64,000 bases of DNA from Waterburya sp. (GCA_965217895.1 CBDCJV010000002.1:1696001-1760000); one strand, 5' to 3'. Counted from the stretch's first letter, positions 1 through 10,746 are shown. Translations and numbers: made by a program. The notes: generated by a model from the letters alone, not told the origin.

Positions 1-190
1 CGATCGTCTTGCTACCCAAGATCTAAAGATGACGGTGTTTATCTTTGCTCATACTTTAGAATCATTGTGTCATGCTGCCGTGATTGAAGATGGACAGTAT
101 ATGGAGAATGATGATTTTGAACGAGAAGTTTGTCGCCTGCTTCTTTCTTGCTTAATTGGCGATCGCCAACTAAGCAAGAGGTTCATTTAA
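1..190 (+). CDS. 3' end of a probable TetR/AcrR-family regulator (partial, runs off window)
   Basis: Frame 2 is open from base 2 to TAA at 188-190: DRLATQDLKMTVFIFAHTLESLCHAAVIE...FEREVCRLLLSCL. This resembles TetR C-terminal domains, and the gene converges on an efflux operon. Confidence 0.55.
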   Translation, partial: DRLATQDLKMTVFIFAHTLESLCHAAVIEDGQYMENDDFEREVCRLLLSCLIGDRQLSKRFI

Positions 191-237
191 TTCTGCCTAG
201 CTACTTACCTTGTTAAATGGAAAAAACTTAAACTGGT

Positions 238-1815
238 TTAATGTGCAGCAGCGTTAGCACCAGCCTTGACTTTTTTACAGAAAATTAAAGCCAAACCGCA
301 GATTAAAATAGCAAATCCCATGAGATAAAAGCAGTCGTTGTAAGCCATTACATTGGCTTGTTGGCGGACGATATTATCGATCTGGGCGATCGCCTGTTGG
401 TTTGCCGTTACGGCATCGCTACCTTTATTAATAAAGCTTTGGGTTAACTCACTGAGTCGTTGTTGAGTTTGGGGATCGTATAGGGATACGGCATCACCGA
501 TGCGATTTGAATGAAACTGCTCTCGCCGTGAGAGTATAGTTGATAAAGCAGCAATACCCGTCGAACCACCCAAGTTACGCATCACGTTAAACAAGCCAGA
601 AGCCGAACCCGCCTGTTCTGGTTCTATATTACCTGTAGAGATCGTAGTTAAGGGTACAATCATCAGAGGTTGTCCCAATGCCCTAACTAGCTGCGACCAC
701 TTTAGTTGGGTAATATCGGTCTGGCTGGTCATATTAGAATTCATAAAGCAGCTTATGGCAAAAATACTAAAGCCGACGGCAGCGATAAACCTAACATCAA
801 AACGCTGCATCAGTTTGGGAACCAAAGGAATTAATACTAGCTGGGGCAAACCAGACCACATAATTACTTCCCCAATTTGCAATGCCGTATAACCTTGAAT
901 CTGAGCTAAATATAAAGGCAAAATATAAACTGAGCCGTATAAACCTAGTCCCAAACCCATTCCCGCAATACTGCCGATTCCGAAGTTACGTCGCAGCAAC
1001 AGACGTAGATTGATAAAAGGTTGACGACGAGTTAGCTCGATCCACAAGAAAATAGCGATAAAAATTACGGCAAAGATAGCGCAACGGGTGACTAACTCCG
1101 AACCAAACCAATCTTTGCGATTACCTTCTTCTAAAAATATGGTTAAAGAACCCAACCCGATCGCCATACTAAGAATACCCCACCAATCGCCTCGCTTGAG
1201 TAGATGAAGCTGCATTGGTTTAGGGGGAATGGCATAGGCGATCGTTGCTAACATAATTACTCCAGGAATTATATTGAGATAAAAGATATATTCCCAGCCA
1301 AGATGATCTGTTAGCCAACCGCCAATAGTCGGGCCAATTGAAGGTGCGAAAGTGGCAGTGATGGCAAACATCGCCATGCCCACAGCCTGTTTGGACTTGG
1401 GTAAAAAAGTCAAGACGATGGTTAACGCCATGGGAATTAAAACTCCCCCCGTAAACCCTTGGCAGCCACGAAGAACAATCATCATCCCCAAGCTAGTTGC
1501 CTGGGCGCAAGCAGTAGAAAAACAGATAAATAAAGCGACGTTGACTAAAAGATAGCGACGCACCGAAAATACTCCCGACAGCCAGCCTGAAATCGGAATT
1601 ACAACAACTTCGGCAATTAGGTAAGCCGTAGAAATCCAAGAACCTTCGTCTAAAGTTGCGGCTAAAGCTCCTTGAATATCTTGTAATGACGAGTTGGTAA
1701 TTTGAATATCTAGCACCGCCATAAATGCGCCTAACATGGCACCGATGACACCGATCCAAGTTTTGAGACTGACTGTATCTTCTTGTTGTTGTTGTTTGAC
1801 TTGAGTTTGAGACAT
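238..1815 (-). CDS. emrB: DHA2-family (EmrB/QacA) MFS efflux permease
   Basis: Motifs GAFMAVLDIQITN, WISTAYL, APSIGPTIGGWLT, WEYIFYLNI and RNLGGS; many TM helices. Confidence 0.93.
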   Translation of the reverse strand: MSQTQVKQQQQEDTVSLKTWIGVIGAMLGAFMAVLDIQITNSSLQDIQGALAATLDEGSWISTAYLIAEVVVIPISGWLSGVFSVRRYLLVNVALFICFSTACAQATSLGMMIVLRGCQGFTGGVLIPMALTIVLTFLPKSKQAVGMAMFAITATFAPSIGPTIGGWLTDHLGWEYIFYLNIIPGVIMLATIAYAIPPKPMQLHLLKRGDWWGILSMAIGLGSLTIFLEEGNRKDWFGSELVTRCAIFAVIFIAIFLWIELTRRQPFINLRLLLRRNFGIGSIAGMGLGLGLYGSVYILPLYLAQIQGYTALQIGEVIMWSGLPQLVLIPLVPKLMQRFDVRFIAAVGFSIFAISCFMNSNMTSQTDITQLKWSQLVRALGQPLMIVPLTTISTGNIEPEQAGSASGLFNVMRNLGGSTGIAALSTILSRREQFHSNRIGDAVSLYDPQTQQRLSELTQSFINKGSDAVTANQQAIAQIDNIVRQQANVMAYNDCFYLMGFAILICGLALIFCKKVKAGANAAAH

Positions 1816-1849
1816 TTTTTTTAAAGGATGAGGAACTAATAACTAATAA

Positions 1850-3439
1850 CTAATGAACTCCAGACGCACTCGCTTTTTTGTTTCCTTTACCAAGAAGCAA
1901 CAGCAAAGGCAAGGTACAAATAAAAACAATACCGACGATTTTAAAAATGTCTTCAAAAGATAAAATCGATGACTGAAGATCGAGGGTCTGAGAAATGACT
2001 GCTAATGCCTGTTGATGGGCAGTATGGGCATCCATACCGCGACTTTGAAACGCACCAGTTAAGGCATCAAGACGTTGATTGGTTGCTGAATTATAAAGAC
2101 TAACGTTATTGCTTAAAATGTCACGATGAAAAGCTTCTCGTCGGGCTAAAAGGGTAGAAAGAATCGCAATGCCAATGCTGCCTCCCAATTGACGGGTGAG
2201 ATTGTAAAAACCAGATCCTGCGGGGATATCGCTTTTGGGCAGTGAACCTATGGTAGCCAAACTCAAGGGTAAAAACATTAACACTGTGCCGACTCCCCGC
2301 CAGAGTAACGGATAAAATAAGGCTTCTGTTCCCGTGTCGGGATTGATTTTTGCCAGTTGAAACATGACCAAGCTGGTAATAATTGCACCACTACCAATTA
2401 ATAGTCTAGAGTCGATTTTGCTCGTTACCTTACCCAAAATAGGCATCATAATTCCTGCTGCTAAAGCCCCTGGAAACAATAGCATCCCCGTTTGCATTGC
2501 GGTAAAGTGCAGCACGTTTTGGGCGAAAATTGGCACGGCAAATAACGTGCCATAAAGTCCCATCCCCATAACTGCTGAATAGAGACTGCCAGCAGCTAAA
2601 GAACGGTGACGCAAAACCCGCAGATCGACTGCTGGTCGCTTAGTAGTAAGTTCGCGCCAGATAAACAATCCCAGCCCGATCGCAGCTACAATTCCGAAAG
2701 TAACGATGAAGCTAGAATTGAACCAATCGTCCCGTTCTCCTTCTTCTAAAAAAGTTTGTAGGCTACCAACGGCGATCGCCAATAGCCCGATTCCTAACCA
2801 ATCGACTTTTCTACTAGATTGCCCTGTTGCCTTAGAATCAGGTGGCAGAAACAACCAACACATAATTACGGCTAATATTCCGAAGGGTATATTGACAAAA
2901 AATATCCATCGCCAGCCGACGCTATCGGTTAAATAACCTCCCAGGGTTGGGCCAATAGCAGGGCCAACGATTACACCCATGCCAAACACTCCTTGCGCAG
3001 TTCCTTGTTCTTCGGAGGGAAAAGTCTGAAATAAAATTGCCTGAGCTTTTGCCAGTAGCCCACCGCCACAGAGTCCCTGAAGAATGCGCGAAATTATTAG
3101 AAATGGCAAAGTAGGAGCAAACCCGCACAGCACCGAAGCAATTGTAAATCCGACTAGGGAAAAAATAAAGTAGCGTTTTTGACCGAACTGTTCGCCCAAC
3201 CAGGCAGTCAACGGGATAACAATTACATTGGCGATCGCATAACCAGTTACCACCCAACCAATTTCGGTAATTGTTGCCCCTAAATTAGACTGCATATCGG
3301 GTAGTGCCACATTAACGATACTGGTATCGATAACTTCAAGGATTGCTCCTAAAGCGACGGTAATGGCGATCGCCCACTTGAGAAAGTTAGGGTTCAAGCG
3401 ATCGGTAACGAAGTTTTGGGATTTATTGGTTTGAGTCAT
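1850..3439 (-). CDS. emrB: Second DHA2-family (EmrB/QacA) MFS efflux permease
   Basis: Motifs LEVIDTSIVNVALP, GPAIGPTLGGYLT, WRWIFFVNIP and RQLGGSIG. Confidence 0.93.
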   Translation of the reverse strand: MTQTNKSQNFVTDRLNPNFLKWAIAITVALGAILEVIDTSIVNVALPDMQSNLGATITEIGWVVTGYAIANVIVIPLTAWLGEQFGQKRYFIFSLVGFTIASVLCGFAPTLPFLIISRILQGLCGGGLLAKAQAILFQTFPSEEQGTAQGVFGMGVIVGPAIGPTLGGYLTDSVGWRWIFFVNIPFGILAVIMCWLFLPPDSKATGQSSRKVDWLGIGLLAIAVGSLQTFLEEGERDDWFNSSFIVTFGIVAAIGLGLFIWRELTTKRPAVDLRVLRHRSLAAGSLYSAVMGMGLYGTLFAVPIFAQNVLHFTAMQTGMLLFPGALAAGIMMPILGKVTSKIDSRLLIGSGAIITSLVMFQLAKINPDTGTEALFYPLLWRGVGTVLMFLPLSLATIGSLPKSDIPAGSGFYNLTRQLGGSIGIAILSTLLARREAFHRDILSNNVSLYNSATNQRLDALTGAFQSRGMDAHTAHQQALAVISQTLDLQSSILSFEDIFKIVGIVFICTLPLLLLLGKGNKKASASGVH

Positions 3440-4808
3440 TGTCGTTATGCTGTGGTAAATCTACATGAACGACTGCCGACATACCAGGGCTGATTCGCGA
3501 CTCGTAACCTTTAATACTTTGAGGATCGAGAACAATTTTCACAGAAATACGTTGTACTACTTTGGTAAAGTTACCTGTGGCATTATCAGGAGGTAGTAAA
3601 GCAAATTGCGCTCCCGAACCTGGGGCAATGCTGTTGACCTTCCCTGTAAAGGTGCGCCCGTCAAAAGCATCAATTTTGACTTCTACGGTTTCTCCTGGCT
3701 TCATTTCTCCCAGTTGGGTTTCTTTAAAGTTAGCCGTAACCCAATAATCGTCCCCGACAACTGCCATTAATGGTGTTCCTTGCTGGACTCTTTGTCCTAC
3801 CTCTACTGTTTTATTACCAACTTTACCCCCAGTTGGAGCGGTAATATTAGCATAAGAAAGCTGCAAACGTGCATTTTCAAGAGTGGCTTCAGCTTGGGCA
3901 ATATCGGCTTGAGCAGCAGCATACTGGGCGCGATTAGCTTCGGTTTGTCGTCCACTAGCTAATACTTGTTGCAGTTGACTTTTTGTAGAAGCTAGTTTGG
4001 CATTAGCACTATTTACCCCTTGTTGAGCCTGTTCTAACTGTGCCTGAGCTTGGTCTACTCCCCGATCGGCTGCATTCTTTTTAGCCAGAGCGACTTTATA
4101 AGCTGCTTGTGCATTATCTAACCGTTGAAGGGTAACTGCTCCCTCTTTATAAAGAGTAGAATAGCGATTGTAATCTTTTTGGGCATTGTTTAAATCGGCA
4201 TCGGCTTGGGCTACTTGAGCTTGTGCTGAGGCTATTCCTGCTTTGGCTCCAGATACTGCTGCTTTGGCAGTAGAAATATTGGCAGTGGCATCGCTGATGT
4301 CTCCCTTAGCCTGAGCAGATTTGGCATCAGTTGTATCTGATGCTAGAGCAATATTTGCCTGTGCTGCTTTAGCCTGACCTTGGGCGGTTAATAATGCTGC
4401 TTCTGCTTTTGTTACCGCGACTTGAAGATCGCTCTTGTCGAGCTTGACTAGCAATTCTCCTTTTTTGACTTCTTGGTTATCGTTGACTTCTACGTCAGTT
4501 ACAGTTCCAGAAATACGGCTGCTTATCGGGTGTACGTGCCCTGCGACATAAGCGTCATCTGTGCTTGCGTGGGTAGAAGCATAGTGCCACCAGCGATAGC
4601 CGAATACACCTGCGGCGATCGCGCCAACTCCTACTGCTACCCAAATCAATGCTTTTGGTAGTTTTTTACGGGGTTTTTTAGGAGCCTCTGTTTCTTCTGG
4701 CTTAAGATTATCTTGTGGCTTATCTACTAAAGGTTCTGTCACTAAGACTCGATCCTTAGCCTGTATATTTAGATCTCGATCTGCCGATCTACCGTTTAAA
4801 GTTTTCAT
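3423..4808 (-). CDS. emrA: HlyD/EmrA-family periplasmic adaptor (membrane fusion protein)
   Basis: TM anchor, STDDAYV, long coiled coil, ANFKETQL and PPDNATGNFTKVVQR. ATG at 4808 preferred over TTG at 4835. Confidence 0.93.
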   Translation of the reverse strand: MKTLNGRSADRDLNIQAKDRVLVTEPLVDKPQDNLKPEETEAPKKPRKKLPKALIWVAVGVGAIAAGVFGYRWWHYASTHASTDDAYVAGHVHPISSRISGTVTDVEVNDNQEVKKGELLVKLDKSDLQVAVTKAEAALLTAQGQAKAAQANIALASDTTDAKSAQAKGDISDATANISTAKAAVSGAKAGIASAQAQVAQADADLNNAQKDYNRYSTLYKEGAVTLQRLDNAQAAYKVALAKKNAADRGVDQAQAQLEQAQQGVNSANAKLASTKSQLQQVLASGRQTEANRAQYAAAQADIAQAEATLENARLQLSYANITAPTGGKVGNKTVEVGQRVQQGTPLMAVVGDDYWVTANFKETQLGEMKPGETVEVKIDAFDGRTFTGKVNSIAPGSGAQFALLPPDNATGNFTKVVQRISVKIVLDPQSIKGYESRISPGMSAVVHVDLPQHNDNDSNQ

Positions 4809-4867
4809 TTGCTTCTTTCCTTTATTTAATTTCAATATGTTCAGCTAATTAATAAGTAGTCTTTTAT

Positions 4868-4883
4868 TTCGTATGCGTACTAT
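4868..4883. promoter_or_regulatory. Putative MarR operator upstream of emrA
   Basis: TTCGTATGCGTACTAT is an imperfect palindrome that shares TGCGTACTAT with the site upstream of marR. Confidence 0.5.
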
Positions 4884-4944
4884 CGATCTTCACAAACCCA
4901 TCTAGAAAAGATATCTCTCTAAGGATGGATTATAACCTATGGAT

Positions 4945-5418
4945 TTATGACATATTAGCGATCGCGCGATCGATTAGTTGGGAAAACTGCTTTTGTTCGC
5001 TGGCTGAAAATCCAGTCATAACACGTTCTTGCAAGCCTAAAACAATTGGAGGCAAAACTGTTTCGAGTTCTTTACCCGTATCTGTCAGCCAGATTCTAAC
5101 CATGCGCCGATCGGTGCGATCGCGCTGGCGACGAATCAATTTTCTTTCTTCCATACGGTCTAAAACTCCTGTCAGAGTTCCTCCGACCTGTTGCAATTTT
5201 TCTCCAATTGCTGAAGTCGCCAAACCATCTTCTGACCAAAGACAGCATAAAACCACCCAGTGAAAAGGAGTCAAATCCCAAGGTTCTAGTAGTTCATTAA
5301 AATTACGAGCTGCAAGCTGAGATAGCAGTTTAATACGATAGCCAATACTGCATGGAGCTAAAATTTCCCGATATTGTTGAGAACTTAAATTACTTAAATT
5401 TGCAGATTTAGTAGGCAT
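4945..5418 (-). CDS. MarR-family transcriptional regulator
   Basis: Winged-helix motif TLTGVLDRMEERKLIRRQRDRTDRRMVRIWLTDTGK. Confidence 0.93.
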   Translation of the reverse strand: MPTKSANLSNLSSQQYREILAPCSIGYRIKLLSQLAARNFNELLEPWDLTPFHWVVLCCLWSEDGLATSAIGEKLQQVGGTLTGVLDRMEERKLIRRQRDRTDRRMVRIWLTDTGKELETVLPPIVLGLQERVMTGFSASEQKQFSQLIDRAIANMS

Positions 5419-5430
5419 TTGGCAAAATAC

Positions 5431-5446
5431 TTAGGGTGCGTACTAT
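5431..5446. promoter_or_regulatory. Putative MarR autoregulatory operator
   Basis: TTAGGGTGCGTACTAT lies just upstream of the marR start and has the same core as 4868-4883. Confidence 0.5.
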
Positions 5447-5667
5447 TATTATAGATATTTTAGAAAACTTTTGCAAGCTGATTAGCTGTAATGAGTTCTA
5501 AAGTACAATTTGCTAAAGCTTGAAAATATTGATAGGAAAAAACTTCATACTTCATACTTGCTGTAGATCACACCTAGCTTAGATATCTCCATGCTACTAA
5601 TAGAATATATTAAAAAATTCAAAGTATCTATATATATTTCTATAACTCAAGTTCGAGCCATATAGTA

Positions 5668-7596
5668 ATGAATCAAGCAACCTTCGTTGGGCAAAAGCCC
5701 CATTTATGTAGCAACAATATTTTAATTGTAGATGATACTCCTGATAACCTACGTTTGCTATCGCAAACTTTAATTAAAGAAGGTTATGAAATTCGCTGTG
5801 CTGTCAATGGAGCTATGGCGTTATTAACTATAAAAGCGAAGCTTCCAGATCTAATTTTACTAGATATAAATATGCCAGAGATGGACGGCTTTAAAGTTTG
5901 TGAGACATTAAAAGCATCAGATTTAACCAAAGATATTCCAATTATTTTCGTCAGTGCTTTGGACGAAATATTTGATAAGATAAAGGCTTTCGAGGCAGGA
6001 GCAGTAGATTATATCAGCAAGCCTTTTCAAATTCCCGAAGTTATTTCTAGAGTTAATAGTCAGCTAAATCTACAAAACTTGAGAAAGCAGCTAATGCAAA
6101 AAAATCAGCTTTTGCAAATAGAAATTCAAAGCAGAATTGCTGCCGAGGAAGAAATTATTCAGTTTAATTCGGAACTAGAAAAGAGAGTCGAAGAAAGAAC
6201 TTTTCAATTAAGATCTGAGATTAGCGAACGACAACAAATTCAGAATAAATTAGAATACCTAGTTTGGAATAATTCCTTAACTGGATTACCTAATAGATTA
6301 TGGCTAATTGAAAAACTAAAAGAAATACTGGCTTTAAAAGCTAAGGAAGGAAAGAGTCGGTTTGCCATAATTATTTTAGACTGTAATCGCTTTAAAATAA
6401 TTAATGATTCTTTAGGTCGTCAAGCAGGAGACAAGCTGCTAGCTATGGTAAGTGAGAAATTAAAATCAGAAGTAATTAACCCCAGCATACATTTAACTCA
6501 CTTTGGCGAAGACAAATTTGCCGTTTTGCTAGAAACAATCAACAGTGAGCATTATGCGATCGCCTTAGCTAAGAAAATACAGCAATCTTTGGGTGCAGCA
6601 TTTGTATTTGAAGCCAGAGATATCTTCATGAGCTTTAATATGGGAATTGTAACTGATAACTCTAGCTATTCCCAGCCAGATGAAGTTTTTAGGGATGCAG
6701 ATTTAGCGATTCAAAAAGCCAAAACCTCTAGCGGTCATTTTTATCAAGTTTTTAACTCGACAATTCAGAATAATACTCTGGAAATTCTCGAACTGGAAAC
6801 AGATTTACGTATCGCCCTAAAACGTCAAGAATTTTATCTCAACTATCAGCCAATTATCTGTTTTCAGTCAGAGAAAATTGTTGGCTTTGAGACTTTGGTA
6901 CGTTGGCATCATCCCAAAAAAGGCTTTATTTGCCCTGGAAAATTTATTCCTGTTGCCGAACAAACAAATCTGATTTTACCTTTAGGAATGTGGATTCTCA
7001 ATCAAGCCTGTCAGCAAATTCGTATTTGGCAAGATCGGCTCGATCATCAGCTAGAAAATTTTAGCGTTAGCGTTAATATTTCTGCCAAACAGTTTGAACA
7101 AGAAGACTTTATTACTCAACTAGATCGAATAATTAAAGATACGGGAATCAATATTCAACATCTAAAGCTAGAAATTACCGAATCTTTATTGATGAATAAT
7201 GCCGAAATCGCCGATCGCGCTTTCAGTCAATTAAAAGCACGAAAAATTAAGCTGGCAATTGATGATTTTGGTACGGGGTATTCTTCCCTTAGCTATTTAG
7301 ATCGCTTTCCTGTAGATACTTTAAAGATAGACCGTTCCTTTGTCAGTCGTCTTAACGAGAAAAACCAAGCCTGCACTATCGTTAAAGCAACATTAGATTT
7401 GGCTCACAATTTGGGTTTCAATGTTGTGGCTGAAGGAGTAGAAACAATTGAACAGGGGGAACAATTAAAAGCTTGGGGTTGTGAATTTGCCCAAGGATAT
7501 TTTTACGCCAAACCATTAAACAAAGACGCTGCTTGGCAGTTTATGATGGAGAACTTGGCTAATCAACGCCAGTTTAGGTTAAGACAATTAAACTAG
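5668..7596 (+). CDS. REC-GGDEF-EAL c-di-GMP signalling response regulator (likely phosphodiesterase)
   Basis: Receiver domain (IVDD, LLDINMP, SKPF); degenerate GGDEF (FGEDKF); EAL domain with ETL and DDFGTGYSSL. Confidence 0.9.
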   Translation: MNQATFVGQKPHLCSNNILIVDDTPDNLRLLSQTLIKEGYEIRCAVNGAMALLTIKAKLPDLILLDINMPEMDGFKVCETLKASDLTKDIPIIFVSALDEIFDKIKAFEAGAVDYISKPFQIPEVISRVNSQLNLQNLRKQLMQKNQLLQIEIQSRIAAEEEIIQFNSELEKRVEERTFQLRSEISERQQIQNKLEYLVWNNSLTGLPNRLWLIEKLKEILALKAKEGKSRFAIIILDCNRFKIINDSLGRQAGDKLLAMVSEKLKSEVINPSIHLTHFGEDKFAVLLETINSEHYAIALAKKIQQSLGAAFVFEARDIFMSFNMGIVTDNSSYSQPDEVFRDADLAIQKAKTSSGHFYQVFNSTIQNNTLEILELETDLRIALKRQEFYLNYQPIICFQSEKIVGFETLVRWHHPKKGFICPGKFIPVAEQTNLILPLGMWILNQACQQIRIWQDRLDHQLENFSVSVNISAKQFEQEDFITQLDRIIKDTGINIQHLKLEITESLLMNNAEIADRAFSQLKARKIKLAIDDFGTGYSSLSYLDRFPVDTLKIDRSFVSRLNEKNQACTIVKATLDLAHNLGFNVVAEGVETIEQGEQLKAWGCEFAQGYFYAKPLNKDAAWQFMMENLANQRQFRLRQLN

Positions 7597-7683
7597 TAAA
7601 CGGCAGAATTAAATGTAAAACCGAATAATTCGTTTTTTAGGAGCTAATAACTAATAGCAGACTTCGGAGCAAGTTTTAGACAT

Positions 7684-7998
7684 TCAATTAACAACATCCA
7701 AAATAGCCTGTAAACGTTTGCGAAATTCTCCTTTAGGATGACCACCTTTAACTTCACCAAGAATTTCAAAATCTGCTTCAGGAGAGTCACAAACTATATA
7801 TGTTGGCCATCCCATTTCTTTTTTATCGGGGTACTGCGCCATCAAAATTTGGCGATATTGACGATAGGTAGCAGTATCCTGCATTTTGACATCTATAAAT
7901 TCTAAATTTAGCTCATTAGCAACTTTGGCATCATAAAAAGACATCTTGTGGCAGACACCACAGTCTTCGGAAGAAAATTTGACAACGGCTTTAGTCAT
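7684..7998 (-). CDS. Thioredoxin-fold protein
   Basis: CGVC motif and GWPTYIV cis-Pro segment. Confidence 0.75.
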   Translation of the reverse strand: MTKAVVKFSSEDCGVCHKMSFYDAKVANELNLEFIDVKMQDTATYRQYRQILMAQYPDKKEMGWPTYIVCDSPEADFEILGEVKGGHPKGEFRKRLQAILDVVN

Positions 7999-8359
7999 TT
8001 TAAATATTAATGTTTAAATGTCCTGGTTTGGATGCAAAATGTAGAGATATTAATTTGTCGTTGTTGCTAATAACGTTAACCATAGCAGCTTTTTTCACTG
8101 ACTACTCTATCAATTCATGGTTAGAATTGGGATTATAAATTTCTTCTAAGAGAATTTTAGAACCATTTCTTGTTTCTAAATAGACATCTATTAAATTCTT
8201 TCCATTACAATCAATTATTATTAGCTTCGCTCTTCAGTATCCCTTAATTCTTAAGTATGCCGTTTGCCCTGGCAATAATCACAGTATAAATTATAAATCT
8301 ATCTCAAATTCGGGTTATACTAGGAAACTGTGTGTTTATATTGATACCAATAAATTTTT

Positions 8360-8662
8360 ATGGCTAAGAAAGCTATGGTCGAGCGAGAAAAAAAGCGCGC
8401 TCACTTAATTGAAAAATATGCTGATAAAAGAGCAGAATTGAAAGAACGTTTGCGTACATCCAAGTCCGCAGCCGAAAAGCTTGATATTAGTCGTCAAATC
8501 CAAAGGTTACCTAGAGATAGCTCTGCTACTCGTAAACGTAATCGCTGCATGATAACTGGTAGATCTAGAGGATATTACCGCGATTTTGGTTTATCTCGCA
8601 ACGTTTTGCGCGAATGGGCGCATGAAGGTTTACTACCTGGAGTAGTTAAATCTAGTTGGTAG
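8360..8662 (+). CDS. rpsN: 30S ribosomal protein S14
   Basis: [13 protein letters not shown]...[26 protein letters not shown]...PGVVKSSW. Confidence 0.98.
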   Translation: MAKKAMVEREKKRAHLIEKYADKRAELKERLRTSKSAAEKLDISRQIQRLPRDSSATRKRNRCMITGRSRGYYRDFGLSRNVLREWAHEGLLPGVVKSSW

Positions 8663-8759
8663 ATTTAAATTAATTTAACTGACGTTACGTAAGACAACGA
8701 AAGAGACAGTTTGTTTATTAAAGGGCGATGTATCGAAAATGATATTTCTGAGGAAGAAC

Positions 8760-9105
8760 GGGCAAGTATCACTGCTTCTAAGTTGGATACAGTCGCCCAT
8801 TCCTCATCTAAATCGCTTTGGCAAGCCCGTATAAGTCACCATTTTTGCTTCATCTTCATTCAAGCATCTTTGACTTTTTTCAGCAGATGCTAGCCATTTA
8901 GTAGGATTCTTTTTCTTCTATCGGTTGCTTTTGATAGTTTCTCTTCTCTTTATTTTGATGATTGAAGTTTCTAGTTCATAACTGTATAGTGCTTAATCCC
9001 AATGGGAAACCAATCTGACTATCTACAATTAACGTCGGATGAATACAAAATCATACGTCTTGATTGTTTCCTGCCACACCTAAACCTATTTGTTCGAGTG
9101 TATTT
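8760..9105 (-). pseudogene. Decayed IS4-family (IS50/Tn5-like) transposase fragment
   Basis: The minus strand reads, across stops and frameshifts, GLGVAGNNQDV*FCIHPTLIVDSQIGFPLGLSTIQL*TR...KWLASAEKSQRCL...SDLDEEWATV, which is typical of IS50-like transposases. Confidence 0.7.
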
Positions 9106-9259
9106 CGGCTTATTTGGCAGACATTAACAAATAGTCTATTCAAAAAGGATCGGGCAATGGATAATAGACAGGACAAAGAATAAGCAAATCTAGCCATATT
9201 CTTGGCTGATAATCAGTAATTAGTTAAAAGCGAACAAGCCTTTCGCCCGTAAAGTAATC

Positions 9260-9874
9260 ATGAATGAATCTACAGTTAGTAACGAACAGCACAAGCAGAA
9301 GATGCAACGTCGCCAAGAGGTTCAGGAAAAACGCTTAGCTGAGAAAAATCAAGAAAAAGGTCTAATTGTCGTTAATACGGGCAATGGTAAAGGCAAAACC
9401 ACCGCTGCTTTGGGAATGGTAATGCGATCGCTTGGTCATGGTTACAACGTGGCAATTGTACAGTTTATAAAAGGAGCATGGGAACCTGCCGAAAAAGCAG
9501 TATTAGAGAAATGGTCAGATCAGTTAAAATTTCACGCCATGGGCGAAGGATTTACCTGGAATACTCAAGATCGAGATCGAGATATAGAAATGGCGACTGC
9601 TGCTTGGGAGAAGGGATTGAGCTATATCGTTGACCCCGAATATAGATTAGTGCTGCTAGATGAGGTTAATATCGCCTTAAAGCTAGGGTATTTAGACGTT
9701 GAGACTGTAATTGCAGGCTTAAAACAAAAACCAGCAGATTCTCACGTAATTTTGACAGGCAGAGGCGCACCTGAAGAATTAATTGCGATCGCTGATTTAG
9801 TAACGGAAATGACGTTAGTTAAACATCCATTTCGTGAACAAGGAGTTAAAGCCCAACCTGGAATCGAATTTTAG
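9260..9874 (+). CDS. cobO: Cob(I)yrinic acid a,c-diamide adenosyltransferase
   Basis: TGNGKGKTTAALG, VQFIKG, LLDEVN, LTGR and HPF...GIEF. Confidence 0.96.
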   Translation: MNESTVSNEQHKQKMQRRQEVQEKRLAEKNQEKGLIVVNTGNGKGKTTAALGMVMRSLGHGYNVAIVQFIKGAWEPAEKAVLEKWSDQLKFHAMGEGFTWNTQDRDRDIEMATAAWEKGLSYIVDPEYRLVLLDEVNIALKLGYLDVETVIAGLKQKPADSHVILTGRGAPEELIAIADLVTEMTLVKHPFREQGVKAQPGIEF

Positions 9875-9963
9875 GCATTTGAGGATTGGGACTATAAGAC
9901 TATAATTAGATGCAAATTTTTGTAAATTTGTTTTTTGTCCCTCATCCTTTTAAAAATCACTTA

Positions 9964-10740
9964 ATGAGTAGTACCTTCAATGACAGATTTCAGATTTGGC
10001 TACAACGTTCATTAGCGGCATTGTTTCTTACAGGACAAGTTGTTGTTCATTTGCTCAAAGGAAAAATAAATCGCCGCAACACCATAGAACAAATGGTAAT
10101 AGTTGGACCAGATTCTTTAACAATTGCTTTGGCAACAGCAATTTTTGTCGGCATGGTATTTACAATACAAGTCGCTCGCGAGTTTTTAAACTTTGGCGCA
10201 GTACGGGCAATTGGAGGTGTTTTAGCTTTAGCCTTAAGTAGAGAACTAGCTCCTGTACTAACAGCGGTAGTGCTAGCTGCTAGAGTTGGTTCAGCATTCG
10301 CAGCCGAGATTGGCACTATGAAAGTCACCGAACAAATTGATGCTCTGTACGTGCTAAAAAGTGATCCCATCGACTATCTCGTGATTCCTCGTCTGCTGGC
10401 TTGCTGTCTGATGTTACCGATGCTGACTATGCTTTCTTTAGTTGTTGGTTTAATTGGAGGTATTTTGGTTGCAAATAATTTTTACAATATTTCTCATGTA
10501 ATCTTTATCGAGTCCATACAAAGTTTTATTCAGGTATGGGATATAGTTAGTGCCTTAATCAAAGCAGTTGTTTTTGGAGCATTAATTGCTATTGTTGGCT
10601 GCAATTGGGGATTGACCACTATAGGAGGAGCTAAAGGAGTGGGCGAATCAACTACTACGGCGGTAGTTATGGCATTGAGCGCAATTTTTATTTCTAACTT
10701 TTTTATGTCCTTGCTAATGTTTCAAGGTTTGGGTCGTTAG
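9964..10740 (+). CDS. mlaE: MlaE/Ycf63 lipid-asymmetry ABC permease
   Basis: RELAPVLTAVVLAARVGSAFAAEIGTMKVTEQIDAL and GGAKGVGESTT. The start could be 9910. Confidence 0.93.
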   Translation: MSSTFNDRFQIWLQRSLAALFLTGQVVVHLLKGKINRRNTIEQMVIVGPDSLTIALATAIFVGMVFTIQVAREFLNFGAVRAIGGVLALALSRELAPVLTAVVLAARVGSAFAAEIGTMKVTEQIDALYVLKSDPIDYLVIPRLLACCLMLPMLTMLSLVVGLIGGILVANNFYNISHVIFIESIQSFIQVWDIVSALIKAVVFGALIAIVGCNWGLTTIGGAKGVGESTTTAVVMALSAIFISNFFMSLLMFQGLGR

Positions 10741-10746
10741 TTTCTT

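Noticed and set aside
9130..9259. Possible cobalamin riboswitch upstream of cobO
   Set aside because: No B12-box or other conserved riboswitch motif is visible.
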